Made by a program: the position numbers and the translations under genes. 64,000 nt of DNA from Candidatus Cloacimonadales bacterium (lineage in GTDB: Bacteria; Cloacimonadota; Cloacimonadia; Cloacimonadales; JAFGVF01): contig OY782781.1 of the NCBI GenBank assembly GCA_963678315.1, forward strand, positions 2,560,001 to 2,624,000, given 5' to 3'. Shown here piece by piece: positions 52,889-63,282 of the stretch (position 1 is its first letter; each line of letters begins with the position of its first letter). Under the pieces are notes generated by a model. That model had not been told where the DNA came from. It ran no database searches and saw only the letters and a program-made list of their open reading frames with translations.

Positions 52889-54151
52889 CTATTCAGTTTC
52901 TTTCTTCTTTTTCGTTGCAACTTTGCGAATCATTTTATACTGAGGTTTATCAGATTCGCCACGTATATATTCAGCATTAATAGTACATTTTTGCACTCTT
53001 TCTAAATCTGGAATATCATACATGATAGATAACATTCTTTTTTCAAGAATAGCTCTTAAAGACCTTGCACCAGTCTTTTGCTTAATCGCTATTTTAGCAA
53101 TTTCTTCGAGGGCATCTTCAGTGATTTCTAATTCTACACCATCAAGTTTAAGCATTTTAGAGAACTGTCGTACAATTGAGTTCTTAGGTTCAGTTAGAAT
53201 TTTAACTAATGAATCTAGTTCTAACTCTTCTAAGGTGCAATGAACAGGTAATCTACCAATAAGTTCTGGGATTATACCGTATCTCATTAAATCAGAAGAT
53301 ATTAATTTAGATAAAATATCTTTATCATTTGCTGTTACATGAACATCTGATTCGAAGCCAATTGATTTAGTAGAGATTCTTTTTTGGATAATTTTATCAA
53401 GACCAATAAAAGCACCGCCACAAACAAATAGAATGTTTGATGTGTTTACATGGATAAAATCTTGATGTGGGTGTTTACGACCGCCCTTTGGTGGAACATT
53501 AACCATTGAACCTTCGAGAATCTTTAGTAATGCTTGCTGAACACCTTCACCAGAAACATCTCTTGTGATTGATGTAGATTCACTCTTTCTGCCAATCTTA
53601 TCTATTTCATCAATGTAGATAATACCTTTTTCAGCTTTTTCAACATCGAAATCTGCATTTTGAAGTAACTTAGTGATAATATTCTCAACATCTTCACCAA
53701 CATATCCTGCTTCAGTAAGTGTTGTTGCATCAGCTATTGCAAATGGAACCTTAAGCATTTTAGCAAGGGTTTGAGCCATAAGAGTCTTACCTGTACCAGT
53801 AGGACCAATCATTAGTACATTAGACTTTTCAAGTTCAATGTCTTCATCCACTTCATCGCTTCTAAAGATACGTTTATAGTGATTATATACAGCCACAGAA
53901 AGTAGCTTTTTAGCTGAATGTTGACCAATAACATACTGGTCTAAAAAGTCCTTAATCTCACTAGGTGATGGAAGAGTAGGTATATCTTCAGCTTCACCAA
54001 TTGTGATTTCTGTATGTTCATCAAACAAATCAGAACATAATTCATTACAAGAAGAACAAATGTTACCATTCATACCCTTTATAATCATGCCTGCTTCACT
54101 TTCACTTCTACCACAAAATGAACATTTTAATTCATCATTCTTCTTAGGCAT
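52889..54151 (-). CDS. clpX: ATP-dependent Clp protease ATP-binding subunit
   Basis: CSFCG zinc domain, [23 protein letters not shown]; likely start MPKK at 54151. Confidence 0.98.
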   Translation of the reverse strand: MPKKNDELKCSFCGRSESEAGMIIKGMNGNICSSCNELCSDLFDEHTEITIGEAEDIPTLPSPSEIKDFLDQYVIGQHSAKKLLSVAVYNHYKRIFRSDEVDEDIELEKSNVLMIGPTGTGKTLMAQTLAKMLKVPFAIADATTLTEAGYVGEDVENIITKLLQNADFDVEKAEKGIIYIDEIDKIGRKSESTSITRDVSGEGVQQALLKILEGSMVNVPPKGGRKHPHQDFIHVNTSNILFVCGGAFIGLDKIIQKRISTKSIGFESDVHVTANDKDILSKLISSDLMRYGIIPELIGRLPVHCTLEELELDSLVKILTEPKNSIVRQFSKMLKLDGVELEITEDALEEIAKIAIKQKTGARSLRAILEKRMLSIMYDIPDLERVQKCTINAEYIRGESDKPQYKMIRKVATKKKKETE

Positions 54152-54155
54152 TATA

Positions 54156-54740
54156 TTAACCTCTATTTTCAATAACTTGGTCGATTAAACCATAATTCTT
54201 AGCTTGTTCAGCAGTCATAAAGTAATTTCTATCAGTATCAACTTCTATTTGTTGAAGTGTTTGTCCTGTATGTTTTTGCATGATATTATTCAAGTGCTTT
54301 TTCAAGAAAAGAATCTCTTTAGCAGCAATCTCAATATCAGAAGCTTGACCTTGTGCTCCTCCAAGAGGTTGATGAATCATGATTCTACTATTAGGTAAAG
54401 AATAGCGTTTACCCTTTGTGCCTGCAGTTAGAAGCAAAGCTCCCATACTAGCAGCTTGACCTATGCATGTTGTGGAAACATCAGGCTTGATAAATTGGAT
54501 TGTATCGTAAATAGCCATACCTGCGGTAATAACACCACCTGGACTATTTATATATATGTTAATATCTTTTGTTGGATCTTCAGCTTCAAGATGAAGGAGT
54601 TGAGCAACAACTAGGTTGGCAACATGGTCATCAATTGGACCACCAATAAAAATAATTCTATCTTTTAACAGTCTGGAATATATATCATAAGCTCTTTCAC
54701 TTCTTCCTACTTGTTCTACAACCATTGGTACGTAAGGCAT
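54156..54740 (-). CDS. clpP: Clp protease proteolytic subunit
   Basis: [18 protein letters not shown]. Confidence 0.98.
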   Translation of the reverse strand: MPYVPMVVEQVGRSERAYDIYSRLLKDRIIFIGGPIDDHVANLVVAQLLHLEAEDPTKDINIYINSPGGVITAGMAIYDTIQFIKPDVSTTCIGQAASMGALLLTAGTKGKRYSLPNSRIMIHQPLGGAQGQASDIEIAAKEILFLKKHLNNIMQKHTGQTLQQIEVDTDRNYFMTAEQAKNYGLIDQVIENRG

Positions 54741-54843
54741 GAATACTCCTTTTCAATTATGTTCAGTAATGCAAGAAATGAGAAAGTCTGCATGACAATC
54801 TCATTTCAAATATTATAGTTTATATTATTGGGAAAGCTAAATC

Positions 54844-56154
54844 TTATTCTTGTTCTGCTTTCTCAGTCTCTTTCTTTTCTGCTTCTAATTTTGCTTCTTG
54901 CTCTTTTGCAAATTCTTGAGGGTCTACAATTTGAACTTTATCATGAAGATTTAATAACATCTTTTCAACTTTCAATGAATTCTCAAGATACTTTTCGTCA
55001 ATGTCTTCTTTGTGCTCTTCTTTAAATTCATCAGCTGTCATTGATTCTACTTCAGCTAATTGAGCAATATAAGCTTCAACTTCCTCTTCAGTAACTTCTG
55101 TTGGGAACATCTCTTTAAGTTTTTCAACTAAATAGATTTCTTTAATTTGAGGAGTTACCATTTGAGAAAGAATTTGAATCATTTGTTCATTAGGTTCTTG
55201 ACCTTGAGAATACATTTTAGCTTGTCTGTAAGCTTCATTAGCAACAATTACGTTAGGAACTTCGAAATCGTTTTCTCTAACAAGTGCAGTAATGATAGCT
55301 TTATTTAAAGCTTCTTTATTCTTATGTTCAGTTTTTGAAGCAAGTTCTTTAGCTAATTCTTCTTTCATAGCTGCAAGAGTTTCATAGTCACATTCTTTAG
55401 CAAAATCATCATTAAGTTCAGGAAGTGATTTTCTTTGAACTGAGTTAACCATTGCTGTAACTTTAACAGTGTCTTCTTGACCATTGTAGTTTTCTAATTT
55501 GAAAGCAGCTACAGAAGTTTCAAATGTTTCACCAATCTTCTTATCAATAGAATCTTTGCTTAAATCATCTGGTTGGTGAGCTTCATAAACAACTGAATTA
55601 ATTGTTTCTTTAAACACTTCTTCACCATCTTCAGTTGCCACAGTATAACTTACTTCATACTCAACACTATCATTGTATTGAACAGCTTCATCAACTTCAT
55701 TCATTTGAGAGTTTTGTTCACGTAAGTTATCAATATATTTAGCAACTTCATCTTCAATTGTTTCTGCTTTGAAAGGAGCTTTTACACCATCAATGTTCTT
55801 GATTTCTATTTCTGGTTGCACTTCAAATTTAAAAACAGCTACAAAATCTTCGCCTTTTTCCCATTTTATGTCTTGTGGGTAAAATTCGCTTAAAGATTTA
55901 ATGTCGTTTTCTTCTATTGCTAATTTTAAATATTTATCTAAATTATCACGGAATAATTCATCTTTAATATGTTCGCCGTAATGTCTTTCGACTGCTGATA
56001 TTGGTGCTTTACCTTTTCTGAAACCAGCAATAGGAGGAGCAAGTCTACTTACTTTTTTAAGAGCTTTATTATAGTCTTTATTTACAATCTTTGCTTCAAC
56101 TGTAAGGGTGAGTTCTCTTATGACTTGACTTATTTCTTTAATTTCAACCTTCAC
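54844..56154 (-). CDS. tig: trigger factor
   Basis: GFRKGKAP ribosome-binding motif, LPELNDDFAK; canonical position before clpP. Confidence 0.93.
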   Translation of the reverse strand: MKVEIKEISQVIRELTLTVEAKIVNKDYNKALKKVSRLAPPIAGFRKGKAPISAVERHYGEHIKDELFRDNLDKYLKLAIEENDIKSLSEFYPQDIKWEKGEDFVAVFKFEVQPEIEIKNIDGVKAPFKAETIEDEVAKYIDNLREQNSQMNEVDEAVQYNDSVEYEVSYTVATEDGEEVFKETINSVVYEAHQPDDLSKDSIDKKIGETFETSVAAFKLENYNGQEDTVKVTAMVNSVQRKSLPELNDDFAKECDYETLAAMKEELAKELASKTEHKNKEALNKAIITALVRENDFEVPNVIVANEAYRQAKMYSQGQEPNEQMIQILSQMVTPQIKEIYLVEKLKEMFPTEVTEEEVEAYIAQLAEVESMTADEFKEEHKEDIDEKYLENSLKVEKMLLNLHDKVQIVDPQEFAKEQEAKLEAEKKETEKAEQE

Positions 56155-56221
56155 AATCTACTCCTTTATTATCTTAAATTATAATTGTTATTCTAAATTA
56201 ACTAGTTTCTATAAATAGAAA

Positions 56222-56308
56222 TGGTGCGAAAGAGGGGACTTGAACCCCTACTGGTTTAACCCAACTGGATTCTAAGTCCAGCGCGTCTGCCAATTCCGCC
56301 ACTTTCGC
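56222..56308 (-). tRNA. tRNA-Leu (anticodon TAG)
   Basis: GCGAAAG acceptor stem, CTGGA-CTTAGAA-TCCAG anticodon arm, long variable arm, GGTTCAAGTCC, encoded CCA. Confidence 0.96.
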
Positions 56309-56481
56309 ACGTTTGGTCACTTTATAAACGTCTGATTATATGTCAAGAATAAATTAACTTTTTAAAGAACTTTTTATATTTAGAACTAATCTATAAGTTA
56401 AGTAAAATACTAAAAAATAGAATCATAGATTTTAATTATGTCTATGCCTTTTTTATTTAATAAAAACTAATTTTAATTTAC

Positions 56482-57063
56482 TTAATAGTTCTCAGGAAAC
56501 AAATCTCGCTCTACAGATTCAATAATAATGTGCAGAATCATCATGTGCATTTCCTGAATTCTATCAGAAGTCTTGCCCGGAATTATGATTTCATAGTTGC
56601 ACATATTCTTCAGTTCTCCCCCATCCTTTCCTAATAGTGAGAAAGTAGAACAACCTAATTCCTTAGCTTTCTCTAAAGCTTTAATAACATTTGTAGAATT
56701 ACCACTTGTTGATAATCCAACAACCATATCTCCAGCCTTAGCATAAGCCTCTACTCCACGAGAAAAGACATCTTCAAAACCATAATCATTGCCTACACAA
56801 GTAATATGTGAAGGATCAGATAAAGCAATAGCCGGTAATGCTTTTCTATCTTTTCTAAATCTACCTGTAAACTCTTCAGCAAAATGCATAGCATCAGTAG
56901 CCGAACCACCATTACCACAAATAATTACTTTACCACCACTTCTAAAAACATCAGCCATGTGCTTTGCAATAACAGCTGTCTTTAAAAAGTTGCTTTCATC
57001 TTCTACAAATGATGTTAAGATGTTCAGACTTGTAAGATAAGATTCTTTAATACTTTTTAACAT
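56482..57063 (-). CDS. gmhA: D-sedoheptulose 7-phosphate isomerase
   Basis: CGNGGSA, NDYG, STSGNS, DRIQEMH. Confidence 0.95.
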   Translation of the reverse strand: MLKSIKESYLTSLNILTSFVEDESNFLKTAVIAKHMADVFRSGGKVIICGNGGSATDAMHFAEEFTGRFRKDRKALPAIALSDPSHITCVGNDYGFEDVFSRGVEAYAKAGDMVVGLSTSGNSTNVIKALEKAKELGCSTFSLLGKDGGELKNMCNYEIIIPGKTSDRIQEMHMMILHIIIESVERDLFPENY

Positions 57064-57067
57064 AAGA

Positions 57068-57349
57068 CTAATCCTCGTATAAGCTCTCTTCTTCCATTTT
57101 ATCTCTGCTAATCAATTGGTAATACTCCATTGCAGACTTCTTAGAAACATTACCTGAAGGTATCTTTTCAACTTTCACAACAGTTTTATACCCGTTTAAA
57201 CTAACAGATATCTCATCATTCTCTTTAACTTTTGAGCTAGCTTTAGCAGGTTGATTATTTATCAAAATCAAGTGCTTATGACAAGCTTTATTCGCTATAT
57301 TTCTGGTCTTTATTATACATATTTTATTTAAGTATTGATCTATTCTCAT
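57068..57349 (-). CDS. S4-domain RNA-binding protein (Hsp15/YabO-like)
   Basis: MRIDQYL...IKTR..A..AC...IN...AK.S..VK. Confidence 0.87.
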   Translation of the reverse strand: MRIDQYLNKICIIKTRNIANKACHKHLILINNQPAKASSKVKENDEISVSLNGYKTVVKVEKIPSGNVSKKSAMEYYQLISRDKMEEESLYED

Positions 57350-58011
57350 AATATTTCCTTTAAGTAAGATAGTAAATCGCTTGGTCTAGAAAATGTTTCT
57401 TTAGCACCAGCATCAATTAATTCTTCTTTACTTCTAAAGCCCCATTCAGCCCCTAAAGGGTAGAAACCACAGTTTTTGGCTGTTTGCATATCAGTATTGG
57501 TATCTCCTAGATAAAGAACCTCATCTGCATCCACATCAAGAGACTTCAGTATTATCTGACCCCCAACAGGTTCAGGTTTTGCAGGGACTCCCTCTTTAGG
57601 TCCAAGTACTTCTGAAAAACTATATTCTGCAAAATAATGTTCTACTGTAGCCTTTACCAGATAGTCTGGTTTATTTGAAAAAACTGCCATTTTAAGTTTT
57701 TTAGAACTCGCGTAATCAAGAAGTTCAATGATACCATCATAAGGCTTTGTATCAACCATACAGTTTTGGGAATAATCATCCCCCATTTGCTTCAATATAT
57801 ATGAAATATATTCTTCATTCCTTCTGTCTTCTGCTATGGCTTTCCTGCAGAGTTCTCTCATACCTAAACCAACAAAGAAGTTATATTCATAAACAGTATG
57901 AGTAGGTAATTGATTCTTACTTAATACCCTATTCATTGCATTAGCAATATCTTCAATAGTGTTAAGAAGTGTTCCATCCAAATCAAACACTAAAGCTTTG
58001 AATTTCGACAT
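57346..58011 (-). CDS. HAD-superfamily phosphatase (Gph-like)
   Basis: FDLDGTL, SNKP, KPEP, GDTNTD. Confidence 0.9.
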   Translation of the reverse strand: MSKFKALVFDLDGTLLNTIEDIANAMNRVLSKNQLPTHTVYEYNFFVGLGMRELCRKAIAEDRRNEEYISYILKQMGDDYSQNCMVDTKPYDGIIELLDYASSKKLKMAVFSNKPDYLVKATVEHYFAEYSFSEVLGPKEGVPAKPEPVGGQIILKSLDVDADEVLYLGDTNTDMQTAKNCGFYPLGAEWGFRSKEELIDAGAKETFSRPSDLLSYLKEIL

Positions 58012-58088
58012 AATTCCTCTTATTAATTCTTTTTTCTCTAAATGTAATCATCTAGCTTATGCGTCAAGTTTAATCAAACAGATTTATC

Positions 58089-58367
58089 TTACTTCTTCTT
58101 TCTGATTAAAGACAATCCACCAAAACCAGCAATAATTGCAGCATAGAATCCTAAATCATATAAGAAACCTGAATTATTAGCTTGATAGATTCTAACATTA
58201 GGATTAAAAATCTCTATAATAAGAGCTAGAGGAGCTATCCAGCCGTGCCAAATACCTCTTAACAAACCTGCAGGAGTATCTTGTAAGCCTGGTCTTTTCG
58301 CAAAACATCCACTCAATACAATAGTCACAAGTAGAATAACAACAATGTAAATATACTTCTTTTTCAT
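58089..58367 (-). CDS. small membrane lipoprotein, function unknown
   Basis: MKKK...LSGC lipobox; GIWHGWIAP and YDLGF segments. Confidence 0.7.
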   Translation of the reverse strand: MKKKYIYIVVILLVTIVLSGCFAKRPGLQDTPAGLLRGIWHGWIAPLALIIEIFNPNVRIYQANNSGFLYDLGFYAAIIAGFGGLSLIRKKK

Positions 58368-58440
58368 AATTTCTCTAAACAAAAGGGGCTGTAATAAATA
58401 CAACCCCTTTCAAACTCCTTAAGTTATATTTCAATTAAGT

Positions 58441-59022
58441 TCAATTATTATAGATTGAATCAAATAAGTCAATATTCTTATCTAGAAGTGAGCCAGAAAG
58501 CAAATCTTTTATAGAATCAAGGTAGTTGTCCTTTGAGATACCAGGAATCAAATTATGTTTTGCTAAATAAGCCAAAATTACAACATTCTGCATCTTAGAA
58601 TTCTCTAAATCTTCTCTAAAAACTCTATGATAACTCACTCTTCTACGGTCTGCCTCTTTCTCTATAATGCTTGAATCTAGTTCTTTATCCTTTCTTAATC
58701 TGACACCTAGAGGTTGCCACATTGCATCATAATAAACCAAAGTGCCATTGTCTTTTAAGTGAGAATTCATGCCCCGTAAGGCTTCATGTCTTTCTAAAGC
58801 AATAACAATATCGGCTGTGCCTTCTGGAATTAAAGGAGAGAATACATTATCTCCTAGCCTAAGTTGTGAAGTAACTGTACCTCCACGTTGAGCCAATCCA
58901 TGTGTATCAACGCCTTTAGCTGGTATTTTAGCATAATGAGCAGCTCTAATCAAAGCTTCAGATAACAAACCAATTCCTTGACCACCCACACCAATCATAA
59001 ATATATTATATTGTTCTTGCAT
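58441..59022 (-). CDS. iorB: indolepyruvate:ferredoxin oxidoreductase beta subunit
   Basis: GVGGQG, HGLAQRGGTV, LERHEALR. Confidence 0.88.
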   Translation of the reverse strand: MQEQYNIFMIGVGGQGIGLLSEALIRAAHYAKIPAKGVDTHGLAQRGGTVTSQLRLGDNVFSPLIPEGTADIVIALERHEALRGMNSHLKDNGTLVYYDAMWQPLGVRLRKDKELDSSIIEKEADRRRVSYHRVFREDLENSKMQNVVILAYLAKHNLIPGISKDNYLDSIKDLLSGSLLDKNIDLFDSIYNN

Positions 59023-59024
59023 GA

Positions 59025-60902
59025 TTATTTACTCTCCTTTTTGGATTCTATTGCCTGAGATGGGCAAGTTTGCTTACATGATCCATCACCGATACAAAGG
59101 TCTTCTTGAACCCATACAGAGCCGTCTTCATTTATTTGATATGCTGGACAAGCAAACTCTGAGATACACTCATATTGCATATTGCACTTTTCTGTAACAT
59201 TCATCGGAGCTGGTGATTTAAGTCCTTTCTTTCCCAGTTCACGAGTAAATTTAAGCATACATGGATGCTTAGCTATTACTACACTAAAGCCATCTTCTGC
59301 TAATGCTTCTTTAACTGCTTGAGTAAGTTTTGCTTGTTGGTAAGTGTCAACTGATCTTATTGAAGTCACTCCTAATCCTTTAAGCACATTTATTACTGGA
59401 ATCTTTTCAGAAACTTCATTAAAGTTCTTACCTACTGCAGGATGGTCTTGATGACCTGTCATTGCAGTTGTTCCATTTTCCATAATGATTAAAGTATGGT
59501 TATGATTATTAAATATTGCATTGACTATTCCAGGTAAACCTGCATGGAAGAAAGTAGAATCCCCTAAGAAAGAAACAACTTTTCTAGAATCATTAAATAG
59601 GGATAAACCGGCCGCTGTTCCATTAGAGTGTCCCATACAAAGAAGAACTTCTCCTACCTTGTAAGGAGGTAAGAAACCAAGTGAGTGACATCCAATATCG
59701 CCAACAGTTATATCATCATCTTTTAACGCTTTCTTTATAGCATAGAAGGCTGATCTATGACCACAACCAGGACACAATTGTGCTGGTCTTGGACTTAATT
59801 TTGGCTTTTTATCATCAACTTCACGCTTTATTGGGAATAAATCATCATACTCTTTACGCAAGACATCTTCTACTTTATCAGGAGTATATTCATTTTCCCA
59901 ATCTAGTAAATCGCCTTTCCCATCTATTTTAACATCAATCTTATGTTCAAAAGCAAGCATCTTTATATCTCGTTCAACAATATCATCAAGTTCTTCTAGG
60001 ATTTTCACATGCTTGTGTGTCTTCAAGAATTCAATTATTTTCTTTTCAGGAAGAGGATAAACAGTGCCAAGTTTCAAAATATCTGGTTTTATTTTCATTT
60101 TTTGAATAACATCAAGTAAAGAATAATAAGGCAAGCCCATTGTAATTATACCAAAATCGCTATTATTGTGAGAATTTACATAATTGAACTTGGATTTATC
60201 TGCATAGTCAACAAATTCTCTTAATTTCCTCAAGGCTTTCCTTTTAAGAGGGAATACTTCACTTGTAATAGGAACATAAGGTCCATTTTCAGCAGAAAAC
60301 TTCGGAGTCTTATCAAACTTTTCAGGAATCCACTCATCAAATTCAATTTCTTCCTTGTAATGACAAACATGAGTTGTTAGTCTCAGAATAACTGGCATCT
60401 TCTTTTCTATTGATACTTTACATGCCTCTTTAAACATTTGGTATGCATCAGTTGGGGTTGAAGGCTCAAAAACTGGTATATAAGACATCTTAGCAAAATG
60501 CCTATTATCTTGTTCATTTTGTGAAGAGTTTGCCCCAGGATCATCACCTAATACAATAACCATTCCTCCAATAAGTTCCATCAAACCTAACTGAACAAAG
60601 GAATCAGCTGCAACATTTAATCCAACACTTTTGAAGAATACACAAGACAAGTGGCCATTCACAGAAGCACCGAATGCTACCTCGGTTGCTACTTTTTCAT
60701 TTACTGAAAATTCAAAATAGAAAGGTCTCTTTTCTCTAGGAATTTGTGCAATTGCTGTAGCAATCTCAGGAGTTGGAGATCCAGGATATGATGTTACCAC
60801 CCTTACATTAGATTCTATCATTGCTCTTACTAAGCCCCAATTACCCATCATTATTTCACTTGTGGGTTGCTCAGAAAGAAGTACATCTGCTAATTTCTTC
60901 AT
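59025..60902 (-). CDS. iorA: indolepyruvate:ferredoxin oxidoreductase alpha subunit
   Basis: YPGSPTPE, NEKVA, SSQNEQD, CPGCGH, GDIGC, GDSTFFH, C-terminal ferredoxin; AAAGGAG RBS before 60902. Confidence 0.92.
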   Translation of the reverse strand: MKKLADVLLSEQPTSEIMMGNWGLVRAMIESNVRVVTSYPGSPTPEIATAIAQIPREKRPFYFEFSVNEKVATEVAFGASVNGHLSCVFFKSVGLNVAADSFVQLGLMELIGGMVIVLGDDPGANSSQNEQDNRHFAKMSYIPVFEPSTPTDAYQMFKEACKVSIEKKMPVILRLTTHVCHYKEEIEFDEWIPEKFDKTPKFSAENGPYVPITSEVFPLKRKALRKLREFVDYADKSKFNYVNSHNNSDFGIITMGLPYYSLLDVIQKMKIKPDILKLGTVYPLPEKKIIEFLKTHKHVKILEELDDIVERDIKMLAFEHKIDVKIDGKGDLLDWENEYTPDKVEDVLRKEYDDLFPIKREVDDKKPKLSPRPAQLCPGCGHRSAFYAIKKALKDDDITVGDIGCHSLGFLPPYKVGEVLLCMGHSNGTAAGLSLFNDSRKVVSFLGDSTFFHAGLPGIVNAIFNNHNHTLIIMENGTTAMTGHQDHPAVGKNFNEVSEKIPVINVLKGLGVTSIRSVDTYQQAKLTQAVKEALAEDGFSVVIAKHPCMLKFTRELGKKGLKSPAPMNVTEKCNMQYECISEFACPAYQINEDGSVWVQEDLCIGDGSCKQTCPSQAIESKKESK

Positions 60903-61257
60903 TAAATACTCCTTTGTATAAATTTTAGACATCACCTAGTTTTACTAATTTTGTGACGCTAATCTGTTCTTTTATCATATTCTAATTAATATATTCACAA
61001 TAGCAAGAAAAAATAGTAAAGATACTCCCAAAAGCCTGTTAAACACAGATAATGTATTAGCCTTGACGAAAATACTGCTATTTTTCACTTGATTGTGCTT
61101 TTTTTTAGGATATAAGCATCATAAATATTATACTAGTGTTTCAATAAAAACTCTCTTTGAGAAAAATGTAAACAATAATTCTTGACAAATATCAAAATCA
61201 CCCTAACATTATCTATGATATGTGTTTTGCAAACATCATCAATCATAAAGGAGTGTT

Positions 61258-61992
61258 ATGAAGAAAGTATTGTTTATGTATTGTTTTGTACTTTTCTTTT
61301 CTATGCTAATAGGTCAAGAGTTAACAAGACAAGAGATTGTTGACATAGAGAGAGAGTTTGAAGAAAAGTTTAAAAATGAATTTAATTTTGAAGGAGAGGT
61401 AAAGTATTCTTATAAAGCTAAAAGGTTGTTCTTTCTTAAAGGCAATTTTAAAAATATTATACCTCCCCAAAAGGGTAACAAGGAAGATATTAAACAAATT
61501 TCTGAACAAATATATAACTTACTAGGAGATTACATTGTTATTGACATTAAAGATCTTGTTATTACTAATATAGTTTGTGGAGATGTATTATCTAGAATAA
61601 CTTATCAACATAAAATAAATGGTTATAATGTTAAAGACAATAAATTTATTGTTTCATACCTATACGGTTTAAATAAGCTTAGGGTTGCTAATCATCTAGT
61701 AATGGTGGACATTGAGTCTACAGTCCCTAAACTTACTCAAGCTGATGTTTTAGAGATGTATTGGGAGAACACACCTGAAAGAAAACCTCCTCTAGATAAA
61801 TCTAAACGTACTTATGAAGATAGCTTCAACACAATGATACCCCCAGGTTGGTATATTGATATCAGGAGAGTTGAAGTTAATGGAAAGAAGGAATATAGGC
61901 TAATTTATAATGGTGGGAGTAAGTATACTTTCCAAGTTGATGCTATTACAGGGGAAATATATAATAATTATCTATCTATAGTATATGACTAA
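61258..61992 (+). CDS. secreted protein resembling an M4/M36 peptidase propeptide (FTP + PepSY) without a catalytic domain
   Basis: Signal peptide; YQHKINGYNV (FTP-like), PKLTQADV and VDAITGEI (PepSY-like); ends immediately afterwards. Confidence 0.6.
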   Translation: MKKVLFMYCFVLFFSMLIGQELTRQEIVDIEREFEEKFKNEFNFEGEVKYSYKAKRLFFLKGNFKNIIPPQKGNKEDIKQISEQIYNLLGDYIVIDIKDLVITNIVCGDVLSRITYQHKINGYNVKDNKFIVSYLYGLNKLRVANHLVMVDIESTVPKLTQADVLEMYWENTPERKPPLDKSKRTYEDSFNTMIPPGWYIDIRRVEVNGKKEYRLIYNGGSKYTFQVDAITGEIYNNYLSIVYD

Positions 61993-62103
61993 AAAATCTA
62001 GTGTGTGTTAATTAGCTTAATACTATGAACTTCAAGATATTATAAATCATCAATCATAAAGGAGTTGTTATGAATAGGATAATTCTACATTTAGAAACAA
62101 TGA

Positions 62104-62131
62104 TTGACATTTAATATAAAACTGATATAAT
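62104..62131 (+). promoter_or_regulatory. sigma70-type promoter
   Basis: TTGACA-16 bp-TATAAT upstream of AGGAGG RBS. Confidence 0.7.
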
Positions 62132-62161
62132 ATCTTTAAAATAAAATAGCTAGGAGGATTT

Positions 62162-63130
62162 ATGCATCATGAAGTAAGACCTGTTATTATGGTTAGTAAA
62201 TGTATTGAGTTTGAAGCATGTAGATTTAATGGAGGAAGTGTCTCTTCACCTGTCGTTAGGGATTTAAAGAAATATGTTGATTTCATACCTGTTTGTCCTG
62301 AAGTTGAGATAGGTTTACCTATTCCAAGAGAAGCAGTTAAACTTCTTATTAAAGATAATAAGATACTTCTTGTAAATTCCTTATCTGGCCAAGACTATAC
62401 AAATCTAATGGATAAATATTCCATTGAGACTTTAGCTAAATACTCTGCTATTGATGGTTTTATTCTAAAAAGCAGGTCTCCATCCTGTGGGATAAACAAT
62501 GTAAAATTGTACAATAAAATAGGGAAATACTCTGCAATCAACACCAAACAAGTGGGGGTCTTTGCCAAGCATGTTAAAGAAAGATATCCAGAATCAGCTA
62601 TTGAAGATGAAGGTAGACTTACTAATATTCATATTAGAGAACACTTCCTTACGAAGATTTTTACCTTAGCAAGATTTAGAGCCTTGTCCAGAAATATGAA
62701 AAGTCTAGTTAAATTCCATGCTGAACATAAATACTTATTCATGGGCTATAACCAATCTAAGTTAAAGTTAGCTGGACAAGTTGTAGCTAACCACTCAAAG
62801 AAAGAAGTTGAACAAGTATTTCTAGATTATCAGAATGTTTTATCTCAAATTCTTGCTAAAAAGCCTACAATATCAACAAATATAAATGTTCTACTACATA
62901 TTTTTGGCTATTTTTCCAAGAAGCTTACAGCAACAGAAAAAGTCCTTTTCTTAGAACAATTAGAACTTTATAGGGAAAAGAGAATTCCACTGATTGTAGT
63001 TACTACTATCCTTAAATCATGGGTCGTAAGATTTGAAGAGAAATATCTTGAAAACCAATATTATTTTGATGCTTTCCCAAGTGATTTAATGTATATTACT
63101 GATTCTGGTAAAGGTAGGATTGTTAAATAA
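62162..63130 (+). CDS. DUF523 + DUF1722 (YbgA-like) protein
   Basis: VSKC...CRFNG, VCPEVEIGL, KSRSPSCG, EDEGRL, FHAEHKY, HIFGYF. Confidence 0.9.
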   Translation: MHHEVRPVIMVSKCIEFEACRFNGGSVSSPVVRDLKKYVDFIPVCPEVEIGLPIPREAVKLLIKDNKILLVNSLSGQDYTNLMDKYSIETLAKYSAIDGFILKSRSPSCGINNVKLYNKIGKYSAINTKQVGVFAKHVKERYPESAIEDEGRLTNIHIREHFLTKIFTLARFRALSRNMKSLVKFHAEHKYLFMGYNQSKLKLAGQVVANHSKKEVEQVFLDYQNVLSQILAKKPTISTNINVLLHIFGYFSKKLTATEKVLFLEQLELYREKRIPLIVVTTILKSWVVRFEEKYLENQYYFDAFPSDLMYITDSGKGRIVK

Positions 63131-63207
63131 GATTTAGTTGAACAATTTGAATCTATTTTAGCCCAGAAAATGACAAAAGATAAATTTCTTAGTTTATCCT
63201 TAAGGAT

Positions 63208-63282
63208 TCCCTGCATTAAATAGTCTTTTAATGCAGGAGACCTTTGGAAGTGAGGAATTAGGAGTTAGGAGTTAGGAGTTAG
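63208..63282. repeat. CCTGCATTAAA/TTTAATGCAGG hairpin plus AGGAGTT heptamer run
   Basis: Same module pair as at 7665-7736 and 50668-50756, in inverted orientation. Confidence 0.75.

Noticed and set aside
56160..56480. Genomic island integrated at tRNA-Leu
   Set aside because: No integrase or duplicated tRNA 3' end seen; the tRNA-tig-clpP-clpX order is canonical.
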